Assembly (NCBI GenBank): GCA_043809245.1 | Contig: JAZDDZ010000047.1 | Location: 43,223 to 107,222 of the forward strand | Direction: 5' to 3' | Length of the DNA: 64,000 nt | Source: Candidatus Iainarchaeum sp. | GTDB taxonomy: Archaea; Iainarchaeota; Iainarchaeia; Iainarchaeales; JAZDDZ01 | Part shown: piece by piece, positions 63,089-64,000 of the stretch | Layout: each line of letters starts with the position of its first letter | Position numbering within the stretch: the stretch's first letter is position 1 | The notes under the pieces: generated by a model | The model's database searches: none | The model's input: the letters and a program-made list of their open reading frames with translations, nothing else | What the model was told of the DNA's origin: nothing | Program-made: the position numbers and the translations under genes

Positions 63089-64000
63089 ACGAGACTGATT
63101 TTTACAAAATAATAGAACGGCTTGAAGCGCGTATTGTCAAACTGGAAAAGTCTAACACGGAACTGGCTGATGAGCTAGCTTTTCTGCGAAAAGAAAACAA
63201 ACGGCTTGTAGGAGAACTGCGAAAGTATTCCAACGAGAACACGCCTTCAGGGAGTGTTCCGCCTTATTTGAAACCTGCGTTGCGGAGAGAGGTTGAGGAA
63301 GCCAACAAAGAGCCAAAACCAAAAGCAGAGAACAATCCGCGTAACAATAGGCCGGAGGTTCATGATAGGGAACGAGATGTTACTCTGGAGCACTGCCCTC
63401 ACTGTGGAAGCACTCGGTTGAGAAAAAAGAAAATATATCTGCGGACAACGTTGCACATTCGGCTTCCAAGCATTGAAAGCATTCTCAACAAAATACGTGT
63501 TTATTTCTGTTTGGATTGTGGAAAAGAAGTCACTGCAAAACTGCCTGATGCTTTGCCGTATTCCAAGTTTGATTTGACAACAGCAATCTTCATCTCCACG
63601 CTTTTTACCGCTTTCAATCTTTCAGAGGATAAGATTTCAGAACTTTTTAGAATGATATTCAAACTTGATATTTCCCCTGGGAGTGTCAGCAACACGCTTG
63701 CCAGACTCAGAGAATACCTCAAAGAGGACTACAAAAAACTTGAAAAAGAAATAGAAAAAGCAAAGTTTGTTCACCGTGATGACACTGGATGGCGAAAAAA
63801 CGGTGAAACCAACTGGTTAAGCGTTGCAAGCACAGCCAACGCTGTTTATTTCAAAATAAGCAAGCGTTTGAATGCAAAGAACGCAAAAAAACTCAAACTC
63901 GCAAAAGACTGTGTCCAGATTTCTGACGCCCACTCAGTGTATAACAATACTTGCAAGGAACAGCAAAAAGACTGGGCTCATTTATCCAGATTAGCAAAAA
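63085..64000 (+). CDS. IS66-family transposase (partial)
   Basis: Manual translation: leucine-zipper-like N-terminus, NTPSGSVPP, CPHCG..CLDCG zinc finger, HRDDTGW, ISDAHSVY, QKDWAHLSR. Confidence 0.88.
   Translation, partial: MNETDFYKIIERLEARIVKLEKSNTELADELAFLRKENKRLVGELRKYSNENTPSGSVPPYLKPALRREVEEANKEPKPKAENNPRNNRPEVHDRERDVTLEHCPHCGSTRLRKKKIYLRTTLHIRLPSIESILNKIRVYFCLDCGKEVTAKLPDALPYSKFDLTTAIFISTLFTAFNLSEDKISELFRMIFKLDISPGSVSNTLARLREYLKEDYKKLEKEIEKAKFVHRDDTGWRKNGETNWLSVASTANAVYFKISKRLNAKNAKKLKLAKDCVQISDAHSVYNNTCKEQQKDWAHLSRLAK

Larger units (their letters stand above)
62854..64000 (+). mobile_element. IS66-family element, left part
   Basis: Candidate terminus GTAACAG at 62854, small accessory ORF, then transposase running off the window. 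Confidence 0.75.

Noticed and set aside
1-64000. CRISPR array, cas genes or rRNA
   Set aside because: No regularly spaced repeats, cas motifs or rRNA-like sequence seen.

Overview
Archaeal chromosome segment in the standard genetic code. It carries fibrillarin/Nop5, GatDE, NMD3, PoK/PPS, an ATP-dependent ligase and BHB tRNA introns. The compact gene style suggests a DPANN lineage, possibly Iainarchaeota/Diapherotrites; this is an inference. Housekeeping genes (glyS, bacterial-type aspS-gatCAB, gatDE, dapB/L/F-lysA, ino1, lig with an intein) are interspersed with about 8 toxin-antitoxin pairs and the left part of an IS66 element. The main observation is a set of five free-standing LAGLIDADG genes. 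Each ends inside a conserved host sequence: the tRNA-Arg 5' end, an orphan tRNA 3' half, the whole tRNA-Ile in antisense, the tRNA-Gln 5' end, and the ino1 3' end. Four of the five share an upstream GCAG(C/A)GG(A/C)AA motif, palindromic in some copies, at near-fixed spacing from a TATA box. One has a displaced tRNA 3' end at its left junction. The two tRNAs entered in sense orientation both carry non-canonical introns. Two other cassettes (a PIN TA pair and a methyltransferase) show the same pattern of inserting and replacing the end of the host gene. A surface protein with a lytic-transglycosylase-like domain is also present. All calls come from reading the sequence and motifs; no database searches were run.
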